From Podarcis tiliguerta (Eukaryota): a stretch of DNA of 64,000 bases. The stretch lies in the NCBI GenBank assembly GCA_965153285.1, contig OZ229123.1; one strand, written 5' to 3'. The translations under genes were made by a program, and so were the position numbers. Below are positions 1-13,398 of the stretch, one piece after another. The notes under the pieces were generated by a model. The model was given only the letters and a program-made list of their open reading frames with translations, did no database searches and was not told the DNA's origin. Position 1 is the first letter of the stretch. Every line of letters begins with the position of its first letter.

Positions 1-819
1 TTAATTGAATCCCACACCATGTAATAATCTAGCACGGTGTTTTCCAACCAGGAGCCATATGGCCCACTGGGGCCCCCCAGGATATTCTAAGGGAGTCACA
101 GGTGAAAATCGTGTAAATAACGGGCCACAGCATGAGGCTAGGGGGCCACAAAGGGAGAGAAGAAGTGAAGGGAAATTTTCATATATATTTTTAAAATCCT
201 GACTGACTGGCTATCCGCTTGGCCAATCACCAGGGCATAATGCTCCTTTTTGCCACATGCATTTTCTTGGCGCAGTCCTGGTTTCTTTCCAGAGGGAGAT
301 GGTGATTGCAGAGCCTCCTGTTTTGACCAGTGGAGCCTGCGATCCAGAACCCCCAGGTCAGGTTAGTGTGGTGGTGGGGTGGCAATGGGTAGGACTGGGT
401 GAGCTGGAAGTACCTGTTGCTGCTGCCAGTGCTGGGCCCAATGGCAGCCCGGGCCCAACTCTGCAAGGTGCGGGGTGAAATCCACCCCAGTGCCTAACCG
501 AGTGGGGTTGTCTGGTGCTGCTGATTTGCATCTAGTAAATAACTAAGTGTCTACTCAGAAGAAAGCTGCACTGAGTTCAGTGGCTCTTACTCCCAGGTAA
601 GGGTGTGGGGGGGGGGGCTATAGTGTTTTATCTAGGCAGCCAGGGCTGCTCTGGCTGACAGGATCTTTTTGCACCAGGTCAGTGAGGACCAAATGCTTTT
701 GAAAACTCTCCCTTATATACAGAACTTCCTGTGCACCTTTTGGACTGTATCTGTAGGTTTCTCCCTCTGTGTCAAATAACTGGCATCACATAAGTGTTGT
801 TTACTTTTTATAATACATG

Positions 820-950
820 GAAGATGGATCTGCCTCGGGAGGTTGTGAACTCTCCTTCCTTGCAGGTTTCTAAGCAGAGGTTGGATGGCCATCTGTCATG
901 GACACTTTAACGGAGTTTCCTACATTTCAGGGGGTTGCACTAGAAGGATG
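820..950 (+). mobile_element. CR1 LINE 3' fragment
   Basis: ctctccttccttgcaggtttctaagcagaggttggatggccatctgtc resembles the SPSLEVFKQRLD end of CR1 ORF2, followed by 3' UTR sequence. Confidence 0.75.
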
Positions 951-1829
951 ATTGTATGTTTTTCTGCTTCAACAATATTTCATTATGTTCCTATCATTTT
1001 ATGTAAGTGTATTTTGTATAAATCATAAAAAATTATAGATAAAACATGTTCTATTTACAAACAAAACATTTAAATAGCTACCTTTCTACCGGTAGGAAGT
1101 GAGGGAGCATGGGCGTAGCCAAACAACTGCAATACATTCAGTGCCTCAAACTCCCATGGTCAATAGTACGAAATATCACCGAGAGGTCAAGGACAACCAA
1201 AGGTTGCACTCCCCTTGTGTCTCTCCTGATAAAGGCCATCAATCAGGGTGTCCAACTTCCAAAACCAGGCCTGAAGCCAGACTAGAATGGATCTAGAAAG
1301 TGTGCTGCAACACGTAGCAGTGGGTATTTGCAAGGTATTAACAAGCTGTACATCAGTAGCCTGTACAAGGATTGGAATAGTAAAAAGTGCCAGGGAGCTC
1401 TTTGCTTCTGCATTGTATGCATTGCAGCTATGAAATGTGCATGCAGGCTCCACAGTTGCAGAGTTTTAAGGCTGTCTTAATCTTTTATATAAATAGCTTA
1501 GCTGTAGGTGTTCAGCAACAGTGTTCCAAACAACTTCTTAATTGAGCATTTAACATAAAAGATGAGAGGAATGGAAAGTGCCACCATCAGGAATGGTTTA
1601 GAGAAATTGATTTTTAAAAAGTAAAACAAAAAGCTTTTACAACATTAAATCTCCTGTCTTCTTCCTGAATTCTTTCACTGCACCCCCTGTTCATACATTT
1701 CTCCTGGGTTGGTTTTTCTTTACTTACTCTTCCCCAATACCTTTTACTGTTCCAACCTGCGCACTGAATGCCTTCAAGCAAAGGAACAAAAGGAGATAGT
1801 AGTAGTAGTATATTTTCGAAAAAGAACTA

Positions 1830-2160
1830 TTTCTTTATTATTTGTACCCCACCCATCTGACTTGGTTGCCCCAGCCACTCTTGTTTTTATATATGCTGGA
1901 AGCCACCCATAGTAAAACATTAAACCTTAAAAAGCTTCCCTATGCAAGACTGTCTTCAGATGTTTCCTAAATGTTATATAAATGTTATATCATTACTCAT
2001 CTCCTTAACATCTGCTGGGAGGGCATTCCACAGGGTAGGCGCCACCACCAAGAAGGCCCTCTGCCTGGTTTCCTGTGGCTTCACTTCTTGCAGTGTGAGA
2101 ACCGCCAGAAGGCCCCTGGTGCTGGATCTCAGTGTCTGGGCTGGACAATGGGGGCGGAGC
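1830..2160 (-). mobile_element. L2-clade LINE 3' fragment
   Basis: Minus-strand peptide TRQRAFLVVAPTLWNALP; same family as the copies at 30478 and 45038. Confidence 0.85.
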
Positions 2161-3399
2161 AATGCTTTCCATGACATTTTAAAATAATGTTCTCTTCATT
2201 TGTTTACTCTGTCATTCAATCAACCTGGTCTTCACTTACAAATGCAGATTAGAAATAACCATTTGGTGTGTTGGCATTGCCATGCCCACTCAATGTGAAT
2301 ACAAAAAAGAAAACTGGACTGAGGTCTCTCCTCCTGATCCTCTGATCCTCCTGAGCAAATTACTGATGTCACTGCTTCAAAAGGCAAATGTGCTGTCCTA
2401 CTCCTCCTGTGCTAGCCCAGCTGCCAATAATATACCCAAGAAGCAGTCCTTCCCCCACAGATTGCAGTGGTCCTTTTTAGCATCTACCAACTGCTCTTTG
2501 CTAGTTTGATCCTGGCCCATTGACTCTATTGGCTAGTTCCAATATCCTGCTTCCTCTTTGCAAGTTTAGCCATCACCTCTATTGTCAACTACAAGATTTT
2601 CTGCTCTGGCTATTGTTGCATTTTCTTCATCACAACCAAGAACTCAACAAATGCTTCTGCTTCCATTTTAGTTGCAATATTGCATTTTTTAAAGGGGGGG
2701 GGCAAAAATGATCATGAGACTGAAACCCTTCAATATCATTAGAATTTTGTGTCACTGTGAATAATGTGGTAAATCAGTTAAGTTATGATGGGTAATGCAA
2801 TCATAAATCCCAGGCTGCACGAACTTGCTGGAGGGGAATGGGAGTCTATTAAAACTGTTTCCGTATAGCAATTGCAGGCGGTGATGCATAAACAGCCTAT
2901 TCTATAGCGACCTGTTCATTCCTCAAGTTGTTATTGGCAGGAGGCTCTGCATTTCTGCAGTCATTAAACGAAGCGATTGCTATTAATATCCAGTCTCCAA
3001 GGTAAAGGGGTTTATTCCTGAAGCAGATCACCTAATAATGGCAACACACCGTTTCCCTTGACTTGTGCGTGCATTATGTTTTGTTGAGTTGGCCTTTCCC
3101 ACCGAGCACTTAATGAGCTGGTGAGAACTTTTGAATCTGAAAAATGAAGATGAAGAAGAAGAAGAGGGGAGAGACTGATGTTCTTCTGGGTTGGGAAGTC
3201 CAGCAGTCTGGATAGTGGTGTGAAACGTAATTCTGGACAAGGTTTCTCTTCCTTTGAAGAACTGTTGGTACACAGCCTGGATGCTGGACTCATTACTACC
3301 TGGACAGGTGCAGGAGCAGTAAGGGTTTGGGATGCTTTTCATAAGCTTTGGTATATACAGCAGTTGTGGCCCTATCTGGTGTGGCCAGATCTAGCCTCA

Positions 3400-4078
3400 G
3401 TTACCAGGCTTCTGTGTTGAGCTCACTGCTTTATGGAAGTGAGTCATATACAACTCAATGCCTTCCACATGCACTGCATCAGAAGGATTTTGGGTATCAC
3501 ATGGCAGGTCAGAGTTTCAAGCAAGGATGTCCTCTCCCAAGCCCACACTCTCCCAGCATGTTCGCACTCCTGTCTCAGCGACGTCTACGCTGGCTTGGTC
3601 ATGTCCACTGAATGGAAGATGGCAGAATCCCCAAGGACGTGCTCTATGGGAAGCTGGCCAGTTGGAAGACCAACTCTGTGTTACAAAGATGTCTGCAAAT
3701 GTGCCATGAAGGCTGGCAGCATCAACTGCGCCCCATGGGAAGCCCTTGCAGACGACTACAGTGCCTGGAGACAGACAGTCAGATTCCTGCATTGTCAGAT
3801 GTTGGACTGGTTGACCCTTGGGGCCCGTTCCAACTCTACAGCTCTATGATTCTGTGTATCCATAGCAGTGACCAGAGGAGGAATGACCACTGGGAGGAGC
3901 GCAAAAATGCCATGGTGCATCTGCAGCTGCACAACTAGATGTCTTCATCCTCCCCAGCTGCAGCCAAACATGTCTCTTCTGTATCAGTCTCTACAGCCAT
4001 AGCAACCTTCCAACAGTTTGACTTCGCCTCCCAAAGGCGCACTCCTCCCTTGTCTCCCAAGACAGAAGGATGCCAACT
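3400..4078 (+). mobile_element. RTE-clade LINE 3' fragment (frameshifted ORF C-terminus plus 3' UTR)
   Basis: LLYGSES, FHMHCIRRILGITWQ, RRLRWLGHVH.MEDGRIPKDVLYG and GRPTL.YKD are RTE motifs. Confidence 0.9.
3783..3853 (+). mobile_element. CR1-type 3' tail inserted into the RTE copy
   Basis: ttccaactctacagctctatgattctgtg tail; this segment is absent from the sister RTE copy at 38700-39150. Confidence 0.75.
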
Positions 4079-4391
4079 ATATCTCTTGTATACTCCTTTA
4101 TACTGCCTCCTTTATGTTGCCTTCTGAGGGCATAGCTCTGAAATGCAGCTTTAAAATAATCTAAATTAATAATTAAGATGTGTTTTTTAATTGTTTTCAG
4201 TTGTGCTCAACATGTCAGGGAGATCTTCTATAAATGAGTAATATGTGTGCAGTTCAGCACCTTCATCCAGGGCTTAGCTAATGTTTAGGTTGGACATCAC
4301 TCCCCATCTGTTAACTGGAGGATCAAGAAGAAACCAACTTTCTCACAACTTCCTTTGTCACTGGGCTTAGTCTGCTGCATTAGACACAGGT

Positions 4392-4735
4392 ATTTTATTT
4401 ATTTTAAAGATTTCTAGGCTGCCTTACTAGGAAATGTCCAAGGTGGATTACAATAATTAAAAATGTCAATTTCCATAGCAGTAACAAATCACAAGCCAGG
4501 CCATAAAGCCTCTGCCATGAATAAGGCAGTCAGATATGTCTTTAGGACCTTACAGAAGGCTTGAAGCTTAGGAGCCCATTGTAGATCCAATGACAGGGAA
4601 CTCCAGAGTCATGGGGCCAGCACAAAAAGGCCCTGTCCCTCATGGCCACCAACTTCACTATCTTAGAGGCAGACATGCAACAAAGGCTGCCATTGTAGAT
4701 CTCAGTATGGATGAGATTGTAACCATAGAGTTGCT
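4392..4735 (-). mobile_element. Old L2-like 3' fragment
   Basis: Minus-strand RDRAF..W motif and a (TTTA)-like tail; diverged. Confidence 0.5.
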
Positions 4736-6667
4736 TCAATTGGATTACATTCTCAAGACATTTCTAACCAGATTTTTGTGGTCGCACACTACCAGCTGCC
4801 CGCGTGTTTGCCTGGCATCATTTGACAGCCTCCCTTCTCCCTGGCATGTGTCTCTTTGGAGCTGTCCATTATAGTTAAAATGCAGTTTGTTGGTGTGGCA
4901 AAATCTATAGGTGCTGCCAAATAATATATGAAGACCAGTTTCCTAAACTGTCTGTCATAATCCATTGTGGATATCTCCCCCCCACCAATGCCTCAGAATA
5001 ATGTCTTGGTGGGATGCTTGGCCACAGGTGCTACCTAGGCCTATTTATCTAGCTATGCCTGTCTTACCACCCACTGCTTATCTATATCTTATCTTCATTA
5101 TCACTGCCTGCCTTAATCGGGTTTAAATGGAGTGTACAACGGTGGGAGGGGAGAGTCTAGGCCAGATTATGTTTGAGGGACTTGTGTGGAATTCCTGTTG
5201 GGATAAAAGTTGGGAGTTTGGAGTTATTGTTATTCTTGTCTAATTTTCAGATCCACATCTGTTGCATCCAACCTTGCTTTAAAATGTGAGCTGCCCAGAG
5301 GGCTTTTTGAAGCCAGGCGGGCAGAACATAAATCTGAAAAAAAACAACCACCCCTGATAAATATTATGAGCTTTCGTGGAGTTTTTCTCTATAAACTGTT
5401 TTTGTTTTGTTTCATTTTATATGAGATCATGGGTCTTTTTCAAACTCACCAAAGGGAGGCTCGATGCCCCTGCCAAGAGGCAGCTTTGTTGTCATCAATG
5501 GTTTTTTAATTGCACCAGAAGCTCATAGAACATCCTCCTGCAGGGCTTTGATAGCTAGTCTGAGACTCCCTGAACTATTAATGAGGAACCTCATCTAAGT
5601 ATAATTTGGAAAGTTGTGGATTTGTGTTTCTGTAAAGTTTTAGGTATTCTGTATGCAGTGCACATGCCCTCTGTGTGTGCAGCAGGTCCTTTACCCCTGG
5701 ATGCGTTCTTGGGTCTGGTGACTCTGCCCAAAGGTGTTGAGGGCTAGAATAAGGCAGAATGAAACGCAGGTTCCTGTTATACACTGCTTGGCTCTTTCAT
5801 TTGGAGTATGCTGTACTGGTACATGGATGTGACAAGCTCATATGTTTCCCTTCTAGTTCCACTTCACAGCAATTTATAGGTTCCAGATGGAATAAAGTTT
5901 GGGGGGTTTTTTAGGTCAATGAGGGAAATGGATGCTTTCCACTCTCTGTTGTTGTGTTTCTTAAAATAACGCTGCTGAAGAGGGATCATATTGTAAATGC
6001 ACGGCCAGTAGTTCTGTATCCAGGGCGAAACCCAATTTGGCTCTCATGGATTACTTAATGTTTCATTAGGTACTGAATTATCCTTTTGCTGATGATGCTG
6101 CAGTACAATGTGCTGATATTGCTGAAATACCTTTGTTGTTGATTATGTTGAGGGTGTCTGGTTGTGTGTGTGTGTTTTTTTTTTTAATGAATTGGATATT
6201 TGGTCCATCTGCTCATGTCTTTGAGAAGCAACCAGCTTTCAGTGCTCTGCTTAAAATTTTGTAAGTACCTCTAGGATAATCCCCAGGCTGTGTTTCAACA
6301 TTTTGTCAAATATTTTATCTCAGCTGCAACACAGCCAGGTCTGAATTTCTGTAGTATTCCTTTCATTTCCCATTGTTATGGGAGCACCTAAAGGAGTTTG
6401 ATAGCTTTTAGTGAAGTGTTTCATCTGTCTAATAACAGGGAGTGGGGGATAAATTTTAGATGAGCTCTTCTTGTGTGGTTTTATGAAGTGACCTGTCCTG
6501 TTTTAAATTTTTGGTTGGTATTTATAGCAACCTAGATTCCTAAAGATAGGTGGTTCAAAAGTAGACAGGGAAAAATATTCTATACTCAGGTGTGTGTGCG
6601 TGTGCATGTGCATGTGGATTCAATTTATCACCCACCCTTCACCATAAGGTCCCAGCAATTTATAATT

Positions 6668-6913
6668 GCAGTGTGGTTAAGAGCGGTAGTCTCGTAATCT
6701 GGGGAACCGGGTTCGCGTCTCCGCTCCTCCACACGCAGCTGCTGGGTGACCTTGGGCCAGTCACACTTCCTTGAAGTCTCTCAGCCCCACTCACCTCACA
6801 GAGTGTTTGTTGTGGGGGAGGAAGGGAAAGGAGATTGTGAGCCGCTTTGAGACTCCTTCGGGTAGTGATAAAACAGGATATCAAATCCAAACTCTTCTTC
6901 TTCTTCTTCTTCT
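6668..6913 (+). mobile_element. tRNA-derived Squam3-like SINE with (CTT)n tail
   Basis: A/B-box-like head, gggtgaccttgggccagtcac core, near-identical to the copies at 36666 and 42791. Confidence 0.85.
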
Positions 6914-9899
6914 TAAAAACAAATTTACAAGAATAGGGTGGGTCCTTAAAACATACATCTCAGGTGTCAAAGGCCAGAGTAAAGAGGTGTCTCCATTTTT
7001 CTATAGTTTAGTATTTGGTGATGCTAGATTAGTTCCTGTGCTGATGAGAAGCATCTCATGTGTTTCAAAATCCAGGCAGCTTCCTCACCACCTGTAGCTC
7101 CAGCTAGCGAAGTAACAGTGTCCTGTAAGCATTGGTCGCCTGTGCGTGTTGGGGAGTTGACAGCGCATGATAATCTTGTGCAGGAGAAACGTGTGCAGCA
7201 CAGAGTCAGGCCCGCCATGGGGCAAATTATCCTAATTCCAGGGAGAATTTGTAACCAGGCAACAGGCCAAAGCATAGAATAAAAGAATACATACTTAATT
7301 ACAAAGGACAAAGATTGATTAATATGCAGGTTGTTACAGAAATGAAAGGTTGATTATATAGGCAGTACTTAAACAAGAGGAGCCTTGCAACAAGCAGCAA
7401 AAATAAACAATCCACATAAATAGCCCAAATTTCTACAAATTGTGTCCCTATTATACCAATACTAAAGGTCAGTGCATGAAAATTTTTTGATACACATACA
7501 AAGTCCCAAGTAAATTCTATGAACTACAAACTACAGATCATAGGTAAAAATCAGTTTCAGCTACGAGTCTTTCCCAGGTTCAGGTAACTGATCAACAGCT
7601 TCTGAGTTTTTTATGATCCTGCCATGAACCAGTAATGAACACTAGCCTCCCAAGACAGTGGTATGATCGGTGCAATTCGTCAAACTTACTACACAATTTT
7701 TAAATAATAAATTCCTTCCTAAAATATAATTGTCTTCTTGATAACACGCTATATAATATTGGAATTAGAAATATCAGAATGAAGTCGCTTAGGGGGTTAC
7801 CAAATGCGCTTCTCTATAAAATAAAAGCCATGCTGAAAATTAGAAGCTATCAGTCACTTGCAAGAATTTGAGAAGGACTCATTGATGAATCATTGTACCA
7901 ATGATCTATAATTGTTTGGGATTTTGTATATGTTTGAACATTTCTTTCATGTTTGGGATATTGCATCAGTGTAACATAGATACTATTTGTATGATGATGA
8001 TGATGATGAAGAAGAAGAAGTCTGGAAAATTCTGGATGTATGGCATCCCTAGTATTTTGACCAGGTGGAGTGGAAAAGAAAAAATGAATAAAATGTGAAT
8101 GCCAGAACAGAACACATATGCATACTAGAATGATCATTTACACATCACCAATGATGAGGAGAGCAATTTGCATAGTATCTGCTTATATGCACCAATGTAC
8201 AATTAGTAATAATTACCCTAATTTAAACAGGGGGAAAATATATTTCACCATTGTGATTTGCTCCATCCACTGTCCAGATGTTGCAAATGATCAACGATAG
8301 GTTGATAATCACCCCCCCTCTCCTTTCTTAGGGTATTTTCTCTTTGAACCAGATTTGGACTGTCCTGTCCTTCCAACTGGCGATTTCTTTGAACAGAGGA
8401 CTGGAAAACAGGACATGTGGCCACCCTAATGTATATTCAACAATAGCTATGCTCAAGAACCTTGCCCAAAAAAACAAGATTCTTGGCCACACATACTGTT
8501 GTATGCATGCAGGTGTTTTCTTACCACTGAGTGACACCTCCCCTTGCTGTTGTCTTGAGGGAGCAGCTACACATCACCTAGACAATGGACTAGATAGAAA
8601 ATGCATAGCCCTCATGTGCTCAGCCCCTCACAGCGAGCCATTACACTGCTTAGAGTTTTCAAAGCCCATGGCAAATTTCTTTTTTAAAAGGAGAGGGTGT
8701 GTGGCTGAGATGGCTGAAGCTGTAACAGTGGAATACGTACACTTTCAGTGCTGCAGGCTTACAGAGATCCTTCAGATTGAAACTCTGTTTCCAATCACTA
8801 AAATCTGGTTTGCTTTCTACTTCTCATTATGGCTTCCTGTAAAATTTCAAACTGCCTGACATAATTTTAATCTGTATCTGAAAGACATTTTTATAGGTAT
8901 GAGAAGTGGTTCACTCTCCTCCTTGCGGTATCAGTGAGACTGAATCCATCCAGGTATATAAATGAATTTCTATTTTTAAATGAGGTTTGTTTATTCGTTT
9001 CAGACTGATGCTTTCAGGGTTTGCCTTTTCTTTGCTTTTCCTTTCAAAAACAGCTTTCAGAGTAGTCCCCCCCCCAATCATCAAATGCCAACAATAGTAT
9101 TCTTAATTTTATAACAAACCAAGATTAAGCTATTCTGCCAACTATACATGTCAAATCTTAGACCAGAAACTGAAGTTGGTTTTGATCATGTTATTTGAGG
9201 TCATGTAAGAATCTGCTTTGTATTCACTGAGCTCTGTGTTTTTTGTACTCCAGGGGAGATTCTTTTGCTTTTTTCCATGAAGTGGTGGTATAGACAATAA
9301 ATTAGAACACTTTCTTTTTCTGTTTAATCCCCCCCTGCCGCTGCTAAATAGATTCTTCGCAACCTTGGAACATGTTTGTATATTCCTCTGTGTGGATGTG
9401 TGTGAGAGAGAGAGAGAATGTGAAGAAGTGAATGAGTTTTGTCATCACCTGGGTGATGAGCATCCACACAGCTGCTCACATTACTATTTAGACGGTCACA
9501 TTTCAATCATATGTGTTGTGCCTTAGTCTGTTCACAACCCAGAAAAAGTTTCTGTCCTTATTAACTTGAATATAACAAAGCTTCTGGTAGACAAAAATGG
9601 ATATTGCCACGTGTTCTGAACCACTTCCTATAAAACTGACTGGTTTGAGGTGGATCTATACTTTTGGTAAAAACACATGATAAATACCTTTCAAAACCTC
9701 AGGGCTACAGACTAATGTATCTCCCATTCAACAAACATCAGAGAAAGACCTCCATGTAGAAAATCAAAACATCAGGGAAAGGAATATGTTAAAACATGTC
9801 TTCCTGATGGTGATAGCATTCTACATGCCAGTTCTTTTATGGTAGTTAGGGAACAAATGTGATTTGCCACCTGCAGTCTGAAGCGGAACTGTGCAGAAA

Positions 9900-10036
9900 T
9901 GTGTATCTAAAGAAGTGTGCATGCACATGAAAGCTCATACCAATAACAAACTTAGTTGGTCTCTAAGGTGCTACTGGAAGGAATTTTTTTATTTTGTTTC
10001 GACTACGGCAGACCAACACAGCTACCTACCTGTAAC
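9900..10036 (+). mobile_element. Penelope-like element terminal-repeat fragment with degenerate minimal hammerhead motif
   Basis: gtat-CTAAAGA-agtgtgcatgcacat-GAAA-gc-TC-atac, followed by ttagttggtctctaaggtgctactgg...gcagaccaacacagctacc as recalled for reptile Penelope ends. Confidence 0.7.
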
Positions 10037-12129
10037 TGTGCACAAAAGTGTTTCCCATGATATTTTACTGAATGTGTAATGTGGCTCTAAAGACCCCCGT
10101 AATCACCTTTCTCTGCCATCTTTTCTCTCATTTTTTATTTTGTGGAACTGAAAAGCACCTATCTTTTATCAGACTGAGGAGGTGTTTGGTTTCATTTTAA
10201 AAGTCATAAGAAAGATCGGGAGATCTTTTGTTGCACTGAAAAGGGTTAGTGAATGTTCTAAATAGATAGAATCATTTGTAGAAGAACCATATAGTTAATA
10301 TGTATCAAAGGTTGAACAGGAATGGCATTAACGTCTACAGTTTAAGTCAAGCCTAACAGAGGCCTTGTTTCTGTCTTTTAAACGATGTGCACTGTTGATC
10401 TATTTCCTTATTTTTAACGTAGGGTTCTGTTTGTTTGCCCTTCTCTTGTGAACCACCAACAGGGTCAGAGTTATAAAACACATCTTGTCAGAAGCTCCCT
10501 GTAGCCACAAGCTCCTATTTTGCTGCTAGACAGGTGGTCCCCTGCTTTGTTCAGGGAGAGCTATTTCCTTTCCTTACTGAGGGGGGGGGGAGGGAAATGA
10601 CCTCTATTTTTAATAGAAAGTGGAGAGTCAATACAAGATCCAAGAGAGACTGTGCTTCTGAACCACATTTTATCTGCGAACACTAGATAACGGATCTTGC
10701 ATCAATGTGAGCAGGAGTACTGGCCAAGGAGGGGGCATCGAACAATTTATTCTTAACAATGCTGATGCTGCCTGCACTACAAAAATCACTTGCAACAAAA
10801 AAGACCCTTAGTAATAACTTCCCCCTAGCTTTGCTGACTGACTACGATGCTCGCTGCGTGACTGTACAAGATGTATGTAAATAGATAAATACAAAAACTC
10901 ATTCCAGTTTCTACAAGAAAAATGCTGCTTTATTGTGAATTTAGAAAATTAAATGCTTATCCATCTGTGGAATTATTTTTGAATGAATAAGTTTGTATAC
11001 TTTGTTTGACTGGCCCATTCTCCACTGTTGGGAAGCATTTCTTCCATTTGCTATTATTTTCTTCTTCTGGCAATCAGAGTCTAGCTCTCTACATTTCCCC
11101 CCCCCCCTCCCTGCTGAGTTTTGAGACAATCATATAATATAAAACATCCATAAGATTGATAATCACAAAGTGGAGGGGGGAAGAGAGAGATTTGCTTTTG
11201 TTTGGAACAATATCTGTGCTTCAAGGGGTGGGTTTTTTTGTTTTGTGTTATTATTGTTCCTTTGCCTTATTTCTTTTACACTGAAGAAAGATTTCTAGCT
11301 CTGGTTGCAGCAGAATCCTGAACATAGCTTTCGCAGTTGTAATAGATTTGCATATGAAAGCATTCTATATGTTTCTAGATCTCTTTGACTCGAACAATTC
11401 TGTTTTTGTCAAATATGTTTTCTTAGGAAGCAGAGAAGAAAAAATAGCATTTTGGCCTGGTGGGTGGAGAATGTCAACCTAATAGACCCGGGGCCTCAAT
11501 AACCTCTTTCACAATGTATTATTGTGACGAGCCATTCCATATGCTTGTTCCTGTTAGTTGCCGGAGAACAGCTGAGGGGTACTTTCTTTTCTTTCCACTT
11601 CTCCTGTTATGAGAAAAGGCCCAGAAAACAACAGACCTTTGGGAGCCAAGATAGCAATCTGGATCTTGAAACATGTTTCCCATATAACTATATCAATAGA
11701 AGGAAACAATAGTTGACCTTGAACCTAAAATGCCGCACTGTGCTGTGTTCCTTGGAGTGAGCAATGATTTCAGAGGCCAACCAAAAACCACTTAAATTCA
11801 GTCTGGCTTTCCAGACATTGTTCTGCAGTAGCTCCTTGGAACAAGTCTAAAAATAAAATTAAGGGAGGAGCTGTAAGATTGCATTTACCATTTGAACACA
11901 CACACACACATTCAAGAATGAACAAATAATTTAATGCAAATAGGAATGTGTGAGTGAGCCTTCTTTGAATTGCTCAGTTCCCTCACTGGTCTGCTTCAAA
12001 TGATGCTCCTTCCTCGTCCCCCTCTCCTTCTGTCAGTTTTCTCTCTTGTGTTCCTGATGTTTGCTATTGCAGTCAGATCCACTTGGGAACTCTGCCTTAA
12101 TACAAAGCTAGGGAGGCACTTGGGCCTTT

Positions 12130-12545
12130 GATGGAGGGGAAGATGGTTGCAGGGAAATTGAATGAACTCATTGCATCTGTCTTCACTGCAGGAAGTAAAC
12201 GACAGATCCCTGTGCCTGAGCTAGTTTTCACAGGAAGGAGATATGAGGAACTGAGGTCAATCATGGTGACAGAAGAGAAGGTTCTGGGGCTCGCTGACAG
12301 ATTAAAAATGTAGAATTCGCCAGGTCCAGATGGCCTCTATCTGAAAGTTCTTTAAAGCATTCAGATGTGAAACTGCTCATCTTCTAACAAAAATATGTAG
12401 CTTGTCCCTTAGATCAGCCTTCATAGCGGAGGACTAGAAAGTGGTTGGTATAATGCCAATTTTTTTAAAAGGGACCCAGGAAATTACAGGGCAGTTAACT
12501 TAAAGTGTGTTTCAAAAAGCTTTTGATAAAGTCCCTCACCCAACA
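12130..12545 (+). mobile_element. Degraded CR1 ORF2 internal fragment
   Basis: LNELIASVFT ... SPGPDG ... PIFxKG-like pre-RT region, with stop codons. Confidence 0.75.
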
Positions 12546-12709
12546 AGGTCCGTCACTTTACACTTGCTTACATAGTGTTGCTATATTTCAAAAAGTAAAA
12601 ACTAGGACACCCCAAAAGTTGTTGAGCTTTTTTAAAAGGAAGATCCCAGAATTGTTGGCAGCCCTATGCATAACTATCTTGTTGGTTACTGTGAGAATAA
12701 GATGCTGAG

Positions 12710-12771
12710 ATGATAGATGATAGATGATAGATAGATAGATAGAGCGATAGATAGATGATAGATAGATAGAT
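12710..12771. repeat. (GATA)n microsatellite
   Basis: Direct reading. Confidence 0.95.
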
Positions 12772-13246
12772 CTTTACTCTAACTGGCTTTCTTGCAGAGG
12801 GTTGGTCTTGAAGGGAGCTGGACTTTGATTGGCTGTTCCAACACAGTGATTCTAATCATTTGGAGTAAAAATCAGTCGGCATCAAAGACACACAGATTCC
12901 ACAGGAAGATGAACCATCCATATGCATGGATAAATGTATATTGATCAACTAATGTCTACGTGCCTAAGAGTCTCCAGTTTTCTACAGTCCTTGGTGTGAG
13001 AGGAAGTTTGTGCCTTTCTTTAGAGAACGGAGGCTGCAATTCTAAGCACCCTTCCTATGGAGTGAGCTGTTTATATTAGAATGGTGGACTTGGAATTAAA
13101 TTCCTCTTTACATTCTGCTTCAATTCTCTGTGGAATTTCATTGCCTCTGCTAATATCCTTTGATTACTGCCAGCTGACATTTTCTGGGCTTGGGCTGTTC
13201 TCCCAGATTTGCATGTGAAGTATGTCACAGTTCTTTACTGTTTTCA

Positions 13247-13398
13247 CAGAATCATAGAATTATAGAGTTGGAAGGGACCCCAGGGGTCATCTGGTCCAAC
13301 CCTCTTCAACACAGGAATATGCAGGTGGCCCGTATGGGAATCAAACACATGGCCTTGGCATTATCAGCACCGCACTCTAACCAACTGAGCTAACTGGC
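13247..13398 (-). mobile_element. SINE with tRNA-Ile-derived head and CR1 tail
   Basis: Reverse complement tagctcagttggttagagtgcggtgctgataatgccaagg...cccatacgggcca plus ttccaactctataattctatgattctgt. Confidence 0.8.

Noticed and set aside
5975-6045. Hammerhead-like CTGAAGAG...CGAAACCCAATTTGGCTC
   Set aside because: No stem I pairing, stem II does not form next to the core, and there is a C-C mismatch at the base of stem III.
8344-8859. 171-aa ORF and other long track ORFs (35008-35481, 63281-63862)
   Set aside because: No recognisable domains or splice-compatible structure; many have non-ATG starts; attributable to chance or GC-rich TE sequence.
13320-13398. Functional tRNA genes (also 19217-19290)
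   Set aside because: Degenerate B-box and stems, and fused to CR1 tails, so these are SINE heads.
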